A stretch of DNA of 38,358 bases from Scyliorhinus canicula (Eukaryota): NCBI RefSeq assembly GCF_902713615.1, contig NW_024055486.1, positions 1 through 38,358 of the forward strand. The letters are read 5' to 3'. The translations under genes and the position numbers were made by a program. Of the stretch, positions 1 through 10,713 are shown piece by piece. Each line of letters begins with the position of its first letter. Positions within the stretch are counted from its first letter, which is position 1. The notes below the pieces were generated by a model. The model was not told where the DNA came from. It was given only the letters and a program-made list of their open reading frames with translations, and did not search any database.

Positions 1-705
1 TGAATCTTTATAAAGCTCTGGTCACCACTTTCAGGAAGGATTTGAAGGTTCTTGGAGAAGGTGCAGAGGAGGTTTACCAGAATGGATCCAGCAAAGGAGG
101 TTGAGGGAAGATTTGATTCAGGGACACAAGATTATGCCAGATTTCCATTGGGTGGACAAAGAAACTCTGTTTCCATTCACTGATCGTACAAGCAGTCGGG
201 ATACAGATTTAAAGTTCTGGGTAAAACCTGGTGTTGGAACCAACAATTCTATGGACACGGGCTTGTAGGATTAGAATAGCGGTTTAATATACTCTCAACA
301 GAGCCAGCCGGTTAGCCATTGAACTTTCGGTGAACTGGCCGGCTGACCATGTGGCACTGATCTTTATACAGCATCTCCAGGGGGAGGAGTCCTGTGCGGA
401 ACCAAGGGAGAAGCCCAGTACAATTCTCGAGCATTCCAAGAGCTACTCCCCCTGGTGGTCAGGTAGTGCAACTGCACTTACAATATAGGCACATGTATCT
501 ACAGATTATAATCCGGTGTGAATCACACTCACCACACCTGGAGTGAACGATATAAGATCCGGAGGGATCTTGACAGAGTGGATGTGGAGAGGATGGTTCC
601 TCTTGTGGGAGAATCTGGAACAAGAAGGTCACTGTTGCAAAATGAGGGGTCATCCATTTCAGATGGTGATGAAGATATTTTTCTCTCTTGAGGGTTGTAA
701 AACAG
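1..705 (+). mobile_element. Decayed CR1-like LINE 3' fragments (split by a solo LTR)
   Basis: Stretches such as CAGGAAGGAT..GGTGCAGAGGAGGTTTACCAGAATG and GATCTTGACAGAGTGGATGTGGAGAGGATG resemble CR1 RT C-terminal/3' sequence; no open frame. Confidence 0.55.
232..536 (-). mobile_element. Solo LTR (305 bp) with 5-bp target-site duplication
   Basis: Begins TGT, ends ACA; CCTGG on both sides (227-231 and 537-541); on the minus strand a TATAAAG lies upstream of an ATTAAA. Confidence 0.75.
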
Positions 706-707
706 GA

Positions 708-1740
708 GGTGGCACAGTGGTTAGCACTGCTGCATCACAGCACCAAGGATCCAGGTTCAATTCCAGGCCCTGGGTGACTGTGTGGAGTTTGCACGTTCTC
801 CCTGTGTCTGTGTTTCCTCCGGGTGCTCCGGATTCCTCACAGAGGTCAAAGATGTGCAGGTTAGGTGGATTGGCCAGGTTAGGTGGATCAGCCAGGTTAG
901 GTGGATTAGCCAGGTTAGGTGGATTGGCCAGGTGAGGTGGATTGGCCAGGTTAGGTGGATTGGCCAGGTTAGGTGGATTAGCCAGGTTAGGTGGATTGGC
1001 CGGGTTAGGTGGATTGGCCGGGTTAGGTGGATTGGCCAGGCTAGATGGATTAGCCGGGTTAGGTGGATTGGCCAGGTTAGGTGGATTGGCCGGGTTAGGT
1101 GGATTGGCCGGGTTAGGTGGATTAGCCGGGTTAGGTGGATTGGCCAGGTTAGGTGGATTGGCCAGGTTAGGTGGATTAGCCAGGTTAGGTGGATTAGCCA
1201 GGTTAGGTGGATTGGCCGGGTTAGGTGGATTGGCCAGGTTAGGTGGATTAGCCAGGTTAGGTGGATTAGCCAGGTTAGGTGGATTGGCCAGGTTAGATGG
1301 ATTGGCCAGGTTAGGTGGATTGGCCAGGTTAGGTGGATTGGCAGGGTTAGGTGGATTGGCCAGGTTAGGTGGATTAGCCAGGTTAGGTGGATTGGCCAGG
1401 TTAGGTGGATTGGCCAGGTTAGGTGGATTAGCCAGGTTAGGTGGATTGGCCAGGTTAGGTGGATTGGCCAGGTTAGGTGGATTAGCCAGGTTAGGTGGAT
1501 TAGCCGGGTTAGGTGGATTAGCCAGGTTAGGTGGATTAGCCGGGTTAGGTGGATTAGCCAGGTTAGGTGGATTTGGCCTTTCTAAATTGCCACTTCGTCT
1601 CCAAGGACGTGGGTGTTGGGTGGGGTTATGAAGTTGGAGTAGGCATGGGTGGGGTGGGCCTGGGTGGGCTGCTCTTTCAGAGGGTTGGTGCAGACCTGAT
1701 GGGCCGAATGGGCTCCTTCTCCACTGTCGGGATTCTATGA
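708..1740 (+). mobile_element. tRNA-derived V-SINE (HE1-like) with internal 18-bp expansion
   Basis: A-box GGCACAGTGGTTAGC, B-box GGTTCAATTCC, central GGTTAGGTGGATTGGC..CTAAATTGCC domain, CR1-like tail ending ATTCTATGA. Confidence 0.85.
857..1578 (+). repeat. Minisatellite, 18-bp unit CAGGTTAGGTGGATT(G/A)GC, about 40 copies
   Basis: Visible periodicity; gives the NLANPP / RLGGLA / QVRWIG repeat ORFs. Confidence 0.97.
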
Positions 1741-1789
1741 CTTTGGAACTTCCGTCCTTAAAATGCAGTGGAAGCAGAGTCCTTAAATA

Positions 1790-2019
1790 TTTTTTTAAAA
1801 ATACATTTAAAGTGCCCAATTCATTTTTAACATTAAGGGGCAATTTAGCGTCACCAACCCGCCTACTCTGTACATCTTTGGGTTGTGGGGGACGAAACCT
1901 ACACAACCACAGGGAGAATGTGCGAACTCCACACAGACAGAGACCCAGAGCCTTGATCGAACCTTGAACCTTGGCGCCGTGAGGCAGCAGTGCTAACCAC
2001 TGCACCACCGTGCTGCCCC
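1790..2019 (-). mobile_element. V-SINE, short A-tailed subfamily
   Basis: Reverse complement of GGGGCAGCACGGTGGTGCAGTGGTTAGC head and CTAAATTGCCCCTTAA tail. Confidence 0.85.
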
Positions 2020-2150
2020 GTCTTTGAATATTTTTAAGGCAGAGGTGGATAGATTCTTGATAAGCAAGAGGGTGAAAGATTATCGGGATTGGCAGGAATG
2101 TGAAGTTGAGGTTAAAATTTTTGATTGATGGAGCCGGCTTGAGAAGCCAA

Positions 2151-3117
2151 CTCCTAGTTTGTGTGTAAGGAGGAGGCTCGAGGGGCCGACTCCTAGTCTG
2201 TGTGTAAGGAGCAGGCTCGAGGGGCCGACTCCTAGTCTGTGTGGAAGGAGCAGGCTCCAGGGACCGAGTCCCAGTTTTTATGTAAGGAGCAGGCGAGAGG
2301 GGCCGACTCCTAGTTTGTAAGGAGCAGGCTCGAGGGCCGCTCCTAGTTTGTGTATAAGGAGCAGGCTCGAGGGGCCGACCCCTAGTTTGTGTGTAAGGAG
2401 CAGGCTCGAGGGGCCGATTCCTAGTTTGTGTATAAGGAGCAGGCTCGAGGGGCCGACCCCTAGTCTGTATGTAAGGAGCAGGCTCGAGGGGCCGACTCCT
2501 AGTTTGTGTGTAAGGAGCAGGCTCGAGGGGCCGATTCCTAGTTTGTGTGTAAGGAGCAGGCTCGAGGGGCCGACTCCTAGTTTGTAAGGAGCAGGCTCGA
2601 GGGGCCGACTCCTAGTTTGTGTAAGGACCAGACTCGAGGGGCCGACTCCTAGTTTGTATGTAAGAAGCAGGCTCGAGGGACCGACTCCTAGTCTGTGTAT
2701 AAGGAGCGGGCTCGAGGGGCCGACTCCTAGTTTGTGTGTAAGGAGCAGGCTCGAGGAGCCGACTCCTAGTTTGTAAGGAGCAGGCTCGAGGGGCCGACTC
2801 CTAGTTTGTGTGTAAGGAGCAGGCTCGAGGGGCCGATTCCTAGTTTGTGTGTAAGGAGCAGGCTCGAGGGGCCGACTCCTAGTTTGTAAGGACCAGGCTC
2901 GAGGGGCCGACTCCTAGTTTGTGTGTAAGGACCAGACTCGAGGGGCCGACTCCTAGTTTGTATGTAAGGAGCAGGCTCGAGGGACCGACTCCTAGTCTGT
3001 GTATAAGGAGCGGGCTCGAGGGGCCGACTCCTAGTTTGTGTGTAAGGAGGAGGCTCGAGGGGCCTACTCCTAGTTTGTATGTAAGGAGCAGGCTCGAGGG
3101 GTCGGCTCCTAGTTTGT
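2151..3117 (+). repeat. Minisatellite, about 39-bp unit (35-bp variants) CTCCTAGTTTGTGTGTAAGGAGCAGGCTCGAGGGGCCGA, about 25 copies
   Basis: Visible periodicity; directly continues a CR1-like 3' end at about 2025-2150. Confidence 0.95.
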
Positions 3118-3519
3118 CTTGCTGCAATTATACAGGGCCTTGGTGAGGCCACAGCTGGAATATTGTGTGCCGTGTTAGTCTCCTTATCTGAGGAACGATG
3201 ACTCGCTAAAGAGGAAGTGAAGCAAAGGGATGGTGGGAATGATTCCTGGGATGGTGGGACTGATTCCTGGGATGTGGGACTGATTCCTGCTTGGTCACTG
3301 TCTGTGCAGAGTCCTGCCCGTTCTCCCGTGTCTGTATGGTTTCCTCCCACAATTCCTGAAAAGTTGTGCCGTTAGGTGAATTGAACATTCTGAATTATCG
3401 CTCTGTCTACCAAAAAGGCGCCGGAGTGTGGTGACTAGGGAATTTTCACAGTAACATAATTGCTGTGTTAATGCTTTGAGTCCAATCACAACTTTGACGT
3501 GGCCTACAGAGAACATGCA

Positions 3520-4240
3520 GCCCTGCCTATAGATGCTGCCAGACCTGCTGAATTTTCTAGCATTTTCTCTTTCGTTTCAGATTCCAGCACCCGCAGTAAT
3601 TTGCTGATTTTATTCTGTGGGGGGTGGCGAGGTGGGGGGGCGGGGGGGGGGGGGGGGGGGTTTGCCTGGGGAGTGGATCATTTGGGCTGGATAGAGGGCC
3701 GGCAATAGGTGAAGATTGACAAAGATGTCTTGGATGGAAAGACAAAGGGAATGTCAATGACGGTGATCAAGGCTAAAAAGGCTGCTAATAGTGGCACATT
3801 CGGATATTAGAATGTGTTAATGACAGAACAACGGTCAGCAGCATGTCAAAGGACAGTAGGAACAGGGAGCTGTGGGGTGGGGGGTAATGTTAAAGGGAAA
3901 ACAGATCAGTGGAAGGTGGTGAAGGGGGAGGAGGGATTTCACAGTCTGAAACTATTGAGCAGACTGTTAAATCCGCATGGCTGTATCGGAGGATGAGGGG
4001 CTGTTCCTCGACTTTGTGCTGAGCTTCGGGGGAACATTGCAGCAGGCCAAGATCGGACATGTGGACATGAGAGCAGGACAGTGAGTTGAAATGGCAAGCG
4101 ACAGGAGAGCCTGCCACCAGCTTGTGGATGGAGCGAAGGTGTTTTGCAAAGTGGTCACCCAGTCGGCATTTAGTCTCTCCAATGCAGAGTAGATAGCATT
4201 GGGATCAGCAAATGCAACAGGCCAGATTGAAGGATGTCTT
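3520..4240. mobile_element. Probable Penelope-like element remnant (related pieces at about 5885-6245, 8830-9000 and 19870-20050)
   Basis: CTGCTGAATTTTCTAGCATTTTCTCTTTCGTTTCAGATTCCAGCA motif, recurring in the window in both orientations; family call from recollection only. Confidence 0.4.
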
Positions 4241-4698
4241 ATAGTAATGTGTACTCAAAAGGACAGACACAAACGATACTGTAACTGACTTAGAGGAAAT
4301 GCAAAAGACTTAACTGAACCAGCTTTGAGAAAGAAAAATCGGTCTTCCTGATAGAGAAACAGGAAAAGCCACTGTGGGAATCCAGGCTCAGTGCGGATTT
4401 GCTGTCAGCCCTCCTTTCTTATACATGAATGGGATTAAGATGCCAGAATGTTTTACACCAAAACAGAGGGTCAAATATAATGAAAATATATTTCTTAAAT
4501 CTCCTACCTGTGAAAATATTTGATTGTTTTTAAAAACTAACTGTGGCTAATCTCACAATGAACACAAGGGAACTTGTATTACACAGTGACTCGATTTATT
4601 TTCTCTGTCAATCACGTTGTCATTCAATGTTGTATATTTCAGAGTCTCGATTTACATCAGGACATTACTTTCAAATAACAGTAAGATTGAAGTAATGG

Positions 4699-4898
4699 GG
4701 GGCAGCACGGTGGCCTAGTGGTTAGCACAGCTGCCTCACGGCGCTGAGGTCCCAGGTTCGATCCCGGCTCTGGGTCACTGTCCGTGTGGAGTTTGCACAT
4801 TCTCCCCGTGTCTGCCCCCACAACCCAAAAAAATGTGCAGAGTAGGTGGATTGGACACGCTAAATTGCCCCTTAATTGGAAAATCTAAATTTAAAAAA
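4699..4898 (+). mobile_element. V-SINE with 16-bp TSD
   Basis: AAGATTGAAGTAATGG (4683-4698) vs AAGATTGGAGTAATGG (4899-4914); A/B boxes; A tail. Confidence 0.9.
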
Positions 4899-4918
4899 AA
4901 GATTGGAGTAATGGAACA

Positions 4919-5118
4919 TTAAAAAAAAAAATTTAGATTACCCAATCCATTTGCCCAATTAAGGGCCAATTTAGGATAGCCAATCCACCTACCCTGCCCA
5001 TCTTTGGGTTGTGGGGGCGAAACCCACGCAGAAACGGGGAGAATGTACAAACTCCACACAGACAGTGACCCAGAGCCGGGAACGAACCTGGCGCCGTGAG
5101 GCAGCAGTGCCTCCATGC
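4919..5118 (-). mobile_element. V-SINE (5'-truncated)
   Basis: Reverse complement of the same SINE body with a T-run tail. Confidence 0.8.
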
Positions 5119-5221
5119 TGCTCTGAGTAATGGGACATTACATGATTGAACAGAAAGTATTGCTGAACAAATGGTTTTACATTTTGAAGTGCAGACTAAG
5201 TTCTGAATCTTATAGTCTTGT

Positions 5222-5420
5222 CAGTTGAGACATCTGCTGGGGTTCAATCCTGGCTCCTGGTCACTGTCCCTGTGGAGTTTGCACATCCCTTCCCCCCCCC
5301 CCCCCCCCCTGTTTGCGTGAGTTCCGCACGCACAACCCAAAGATGTGCAGATTAGGTGGATTGGCCATGCTAAATTGCCCGTTAATTGGAGAAAAAGCAA
5401 TTCGGTCTTCCTAAATTTAT
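5222..5420 (+). mobile_element. V-SINE fragment
   Basis: GGTTCAATCC B-box and GGTCACTGTCC..GGAGTTTGCAC..TTAGGTGGATTGGCCATGCTAAATTGCC. Confidence 0.75.
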
Positions 5421-5657
5421 TTTTATAAAGTTGAGACATCTGTCTCATTTAGTGTGAGGAAAGTTTGCACAAACTAATTTTGAAACTGAATATCACCGGA
5501 ATGTTCAGGACGCAATGAGAAGAAAAAAGATGTTCCCATTTTGACACAGTTCACATATTAGCAGTTTTTTCATGCACAACAGAATTTAATGGGTTTACAG
5601 ATGCAGATGAACAAATTTAATCACCATCTCAAACATGTCTCAATGTACAATAAAAGC

Positions 5658-5871
5658 GCAGTGGGTTAGCACTGCCGCGGCGCTGAGATCCCAGGTTCGA
5701 TCCCGGCTCTGGGTCACTGTCCATGTGGAGTTTGCACATTCTCCGCGTGGGTTTCGCCCCCACAACCCAAAAACGTGCAAGCTAGGTGGATTGGCCACTC
5801 TAAATTGCCCCTTAATTGGAAAAATGATTGGGTACACTAAATTTATAAAAAAAAAGAAAACAAAAAAAAAA
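5658..5871 (+). mobile_element. V-SINE with 13-bp TSD
   Basis: GTACAATAAAAGC at 5645-5657 and 5872-5884. Confidence 0.9.
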
Positions 5872-6249
5872 GTACAATAAAAGCAACTTACTGTGGATGC
5901 TGGAATCTGAATCAGAAACACAAATACTGGACCCTCTCAGCAGGGCTGACAGCCTCTGTGGAGAGAGATGGCAGCTGCCGTTCCGAGTCTGGGTAACTCT
6001 GTCAAAGCTGGAGAACTGAAAATCGGGTCAGAGTTATACTGTGGGGAGGGGGAGGGGAACATTGGGGCTGGATAGAGGGCCAGCGATAGGGGGAGGATGT
6101 CTTGGAAGGAAAGACAAAGGGAATGCAAAAGGCGATGATCAAGGCTAAGAAAGGCGCTGATGACGCATTAAGAGATGAGAATGTGTTAATGGCAGAACAA
6201 AGGTAAGCAGGGAGCCAAAGGACAGGAGGAACAGGGAGCAGATTGCTCA

Positions 6250-6422
6250 GGTGGGGGGGGGGGGGGAGAGCGATGGTGAGGGGGGGGGAGCGATGGTGAG
6301 GGGGGGGGGAGCGATGGTGAGGGGGGGGGGGGGCGATGGTGAGGGGGGGGGGGGGAGCGATGGTGAGGGGGGGGGGGGGGGGGGGGGGGCGATGGGGGGG
6401 GGGGGGGGGGAGCGATGGTGAG
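6250..6422 (+). repeat. G-run tandem repeat (G)n-AGCGATGGTGA, about 7 units
   Basis: Directly visible. Confidence 0.9.
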
Positions 6423-6787
6423 GGAAATTTCCCTTATTCGAAACATTATTGATGTCACTCATCTAAATTTGCAGATGAGTTGTATCCTTGCTATTTGTTG
6501 TTCAATAGTTAAGCGAATGCATTACCTTACACCCGCAAAGTTTCAACTGATACCCTGCAAAATACTGTGTGATGGAGACTGGCAGGAATCGCAGTCAGAG
6601 TTCACACGTGTTAATTCTGAATGGTTTTCTAATGTGCTGTGATAGTTGATGATTCTAATGTCGGATCGATTTCTCCGCCACTTGTCTAAGTTTCCAGCTG
6701 AATAGCACTCTGACAATAGAAGGGTCTGCAGTGCAATAAGGATGCACAGTTTACTATTCTCGGTCAGTGCATTCAGCGCTGTTCCCT

Positions 6788-6861
6788 GTTTCTGTAGTGT
6801 AGGGATTATCATGTTTGCTTTACACACATTAAGGCGCTCGGTTTAAACCCGCATAGAAACA
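6788..6861 (+). pseudogene. Degenerate tRNA-Val (TAC) pseudogene
   Basis: GTTTCTGTAGTGTAGGGATTATC..GCTTTACAC..GGTTTAAACCC..AGAAACA; broken anticodon and T stems. Confidence 0.7.
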
Positions 6862-7021
6862 TTGCCAAACCCCATTGGTTTCCGTGTGTGGAAAAGTTAC
6901 ATGATTGACATTTTCTTTATCCATTTACACCCATCCTGAATTGCCCTTCAATTGGGTCGCTGAGTGAATCTGCCGTGTGGAACCCCGGTCCCCAGAGCTT
7001 CAGCCTGGTTCTCTGCTTTAC

Positions 7022-7780
7022 TGATCCAGAGCCAGTTACACTATTCCCCCACCAGCCACTCCCCCAGTGAATCCACTGTCCAATATTACCTGGTCCAGAG
7101 CCAGTTACACTATTCACCCACCAGCCACTCCCCCAGTGAATCCACTGTCCAATATTACCTGGTCCAGAGCCAGTTACACTATTCACCCACCAGCCACTCC
7201 CCCAGTGAATCCACTGTCCAATATCACCTGGTCCAGAGCCAGTTACACTATTCACCCACCAGCCACTCCCCCAGTGAATCCACTGTCCAATATTACCTGG
7301 TCCAGAGCCAGTTACACTATTCACCCACCAGCCACTCCCCCAGTGAATCCACTGTCCAATATTACCTGGTCCAGAGCCAGTTACACTATTCACCCACCAG
7401 CCACTCCCCCAGTGAATCCACTGTCCAATATTACCTGGTCCAGAGCCAGTTACACTATTCCCCCACCAGCCACTCCCCCAGTGAATCCACTATCCAATAT
7501 TACCTGATCCAGAGCCAGTTACACTATTCCCCCACCAGCCACTCCCCCAGTGAATCCACTATCCAATATTACCTGGTCCAGAGACAGTTACACTATTCAC
7601 CCACCAGCCACTCCCCCAGTGAATCCACTGTCCAATATTACCTGGTCCAGAGACAGTTACACTATTCACCCACCAGCCACTCCCCCAGTGAATCCACTGT
7701 CCAATATTACCTGGTCCAGAGCCAGTTACACTATTCACCCACCAGCCACTCCCCCAGTGAATCCACTGTCCAATATTACC
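7022..7780 (+). repeat. Minisatellite, 69-bp unit, 11 copies
   Basis: Unit starts every 69 nt from 7022; gives the 23-aa repeat ORFs. Confidence 0.97.
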
Positions 7781-7944
7781 TGAATATAATAACTTTCAAG
7801 CATGTGTCATTCGCTCTGACATGTACCTCAAAATGCATTCAGGAGAAGCAGAAGTGCTGAAAATTGCCGGCACACTGAGCAGGAACACAGATGCCCCTAT
7901 TTTGACTCGGCACAAATATTAACAGTTTGTTCAATGTCGACAAA

Positions 7945-8430
7945 TGCAGGTCAGATGCTGGGAATCCTGCAGCGAGTAACTCACCTCCTAACCCCACAAA
8001 CCCTGTCCACCATCTACAAGGCACAAGTGAGGAGTGTGAGGGAATACTCTCCACTTGCCTGGATGGGTGCAGGAACTCACCAAAAGCATCTCAGACAGCA
8101 CCTTTCAAACCCAAGACCCTAACACCCTGAAAGTTTCCTTCCCAGCCACTCCCCATCCTGACCATTTTCACAGTAACTTCATTGCATTGTTAATGTAAGA
8201 TTACTTGTGACAATAATTAAGATTATTATTATTTGGAAATATATGGGCTGTTCCTTCACTGTCACTGTGACACAATCCTGGAACTCCCTCCCTAACAGCA
8301 CTGTAGGTGTACCTACACCAATGGACTGCAGCGGTTCAGGAAGCAGCTCACCATCACCTTCTCAAGGGCAAAGAGTTCTGGGCAATAAATCCTGGCCTCC
8401 CCAGTGATGTTCACATCCCCGAATGAATCA
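7945..8430 (+). mobile_element. LINE (CR1/L2 group) 3' remnant
   Basis: Translation GILQRVTHLLTPQTLSTIYKAQVRSVREYSPLAW resembles a LINE RT C-terminus, followed by 3' UTR-like sequence. Confidence 0.6.
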
Positions 8431-8676
8431 AATGAAACAGACACACAGCTGCCTGAATCCACCATCATGGAGTCACCTGGATTAGTGAATAGAGATAAGT
8501 GAATGTCCACTCACAGACAAGCTTTTTGAAAATGTCTCGATTTTCTCGGGGACGTATTGATTCTCTGCAGTGTGAGCTCAGCTTCTCAAAGCAAACCCAC
8601 CGTGAACCGATCCCGCTGTCTGCACCGGAAAGAAATGAACAAAACGTGCTGCTGGCCAATAAAAAATAACTTCAAA

Positions 8677-8766
8677 GGGCTCATCCGGGATTTGAACCCG
8701 GGACCTCTCACATTTTCATGCAGTACAAACCCCGAAGCGAGAATCTTACCCCTAGACCAACGAGCC
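8677..8766 (-). tRNA. tRNA-Pro-CGG: tRNA-Pro (CGG) with 18-nt intron (8713-8730)
   Basis: 36-nt 5' half GGCTCGTTGGTCTAGGGGTAAGATTCTCGCTTCGGG + GTTTGTACTGCATGAAAA + 36-nt 3' half TGTGAGAGGTCCCGGGTTCAAATCCCGGATGAGCCC; stems pair (two G-U); T-run terminator downstream. Confidence 0.88.
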
Positions 8767-9695
8767 GGTAAGAAGGAGGTGATTTAGGCAACAGATACTT
8801 TCATTGCCACCCACAACCAAACAGCTACATGCGGAAAATGCTGGGAAATCTCAGGCAGTCAGGCAGCATTTGTGGACACGGGAAAAAAAGGTCAACTTCC
8901 ATTGAAACCGGGAAAGGCTAGAAATATAGAAAATTAGAAGCAAGTGAAATCCCGGAGGGAGGAAACAGAACAACAGGAAAGGGCTCTGATAGGGGGCAAG
9001 TCAGGAGAGATTAAATGAGAAAAGGCCTTGGCTTCCCTGGCCACAGAGTTAGGTTAGCATCAAATCAGAGAATAATGACACCACAGTATGAGGCCATTCC
9101 GGCCGCCGTGTCTGTGCCAGCTCTCTGTTAGCTCAATGGAAGAAACAAATAAACAAAAGATGTGTCTGGAGGAGCTATCGATGGCATATTGATCAACAAC
9201 TACCGCCCGGACACAAAGAACAAGTGGAAACAAGATTCAAATCCAAATCTGCGATGTAAGGACACACAGAATGGGTGCATCATTTACAGTGTGAAACTGC
9301 TGAACACACACTGAGTGTGAAAGCTGTATTGAGCCCAGTGGAAAGATGCGCTGCTGTTCCTCGAGTGGCTGTTGAGCTTCTTTCGAACTCTGCACATGTG
9401 CTGTATCATTCTAGAAAACAGAATATTCAGTTTCACAGAAGCTTATTTCGTCTGTTTGCATGATGGGAATGTGGAATTCGAAACGCAAACAGACCAGTCA
9501 TGGTCTCAGTGAATAGCAGAACAGGCTGAAGGGACCGAATGGCCGACTTCTGCTTCTATCGCATCTGTTTGTATGTGCTACCGTGTGTGTATCATGCTAT
9601 AAAACAAACCAGTTAGTATCACAGAATCAAATGTGGTCTGTTTGCATGATGGGAATGTGGAATTCGAAACACAAACAGAGCAGCCAGCTTATTGA

Positions 9696-10013
9696 ACAGT
9701 AAGAAGTCTTTCAACACTAGGTTAATGTCCAATAGGTTTGTTTCAAATCACTAGCTTTTGGAGCACAGCTCCTTCATCGGGTGAATGAAGAGGTGGGGTC
9801 CATAACCACATATATCGACAGTCAGTGATGCAAGGTGATACAATGAATGCCAGTCTTTGTATCATTGACTGTTGTCTATATATCTGGTGGTACAACCCAC
9901 CTCTTTACACACCTGAGAAAGCTCGTGTTTGAAACAAACCTGTTGGACTTTAAACTGGTGTTGGAAGACTTCTTACTGTGCTCACCCTAGCCCAACGCCC
10001 GCATCTCCACATC
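9696..10013. mobile_element. Non-autonomous element with about 55-bp terminal inverted repeats (relatives at 13482-13655 and in the right IR arm)
   Basis: ACAGTAAGAAGTCTTTCAACAC..GTTTGTTTCAAA mirrored by TTTGAAACAAAC..GTGTTGGAAGACTTCTTACTGT (ends 9979). Confidence 0.7.
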
Positions 10014-10174
10014 TTATTGAATGGTAGAACAGCCTGAAGGGGCCGAATGGCCAACTTCTGCATCTATTTCACCTGCTCGTATGTTTGAAAGCAGAGAGGA
10101 ACCATTGACTGAGACAGCAACTTAAGGTGAATATTATGGCGGGTATTTGATGAGGAGGAAACATGTGGCCATGT

Positions 10175-10187
10175 CGCCCTCTGGTGG
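10175..10187 (-). promoter_or_regulatory. Candidate CTCF-binding motif
   Basis: CCACCAGAGGGCG on the minus strand matches the CTCF core consensus. Confidence 0.5.
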
Positions 10188-10640
10188 ACGTGATCGGAAC
10201 TTTGCAGCGTTCGGACATTTGATGGAAACAGAAAATGAGAGTATCAGTTCCAGGGGAATAAAGGCAGCAGGGGAAACAGAGCCTGCAGTTTGTCCAGAAT
10301 TTCCAAACTTAAATTCATTCACTTGTTGTTTTATGTCCTGGTCAGTGTTACTCCAGCCTGGCCATTCACCAACTGCATTTCCCCACAAACAGACACTGGA
10401 CACGATCCCACAACTGGCAACCCATTCTTTCTGTTTTTCGGGGATGACCTCCCAGGCTGGGAACAGCATTGGTGTATTTTACATTGTCACCAAATTCAAC
10501 CCCGACTCCAATCCAATCCGCCGGGGGGGGGGGGGGGGGGGGGGGGGAGATGCTGACAGAATCCAGAGAGTTGTGAAACACTTTGGATAAATAGTATGTG
10601 TGACGTACTGAACCAATTTTCAATAGCTTCATTTCGCTGT

Positions 10641-10713
10641 GGAGCAGTGGCGCAATGGATAACGCGCCTGACTACGGATCAGGAGATTTCAGGTTCGACT
10701 CCTGGCTGGCTCG
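10641..10713 (+). tRNA. tRNA-Arg-ACG: tRNA-Arg (ACG), two acceptor-stem mismatches; possibly a pseudogene
   Basis: 73 nt GGAGCAGTGGCGCAATGGATAACGCG..CTACGGA..GGTTCGACTCCTGGCTGGCTCG; TTTTT just downstream. Confidence 0.8.

Noticed and set aside
659-2008. 449-aa ORF and overlapping 229-267-aa ORFs
   Set aside because: Products of the 18-bp minisatellite inside SINEs; no protein-like content outside the repeat
2151-3117. CRISPR-like look of about 39-bp periodic repeats
   Set aside because: No unique spacers, no cas genes, vertebrate context; a simple tandem array
6186-6462. Proline-rich extensin-like ORFs
   Set aside because: Reverse translation of G-run repeats
6917-7860. 298-aa and other repeat ORFs
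   Set aside because: Translation of the 69-bp minisatellite; the paralogous copy has one unit and no ORF
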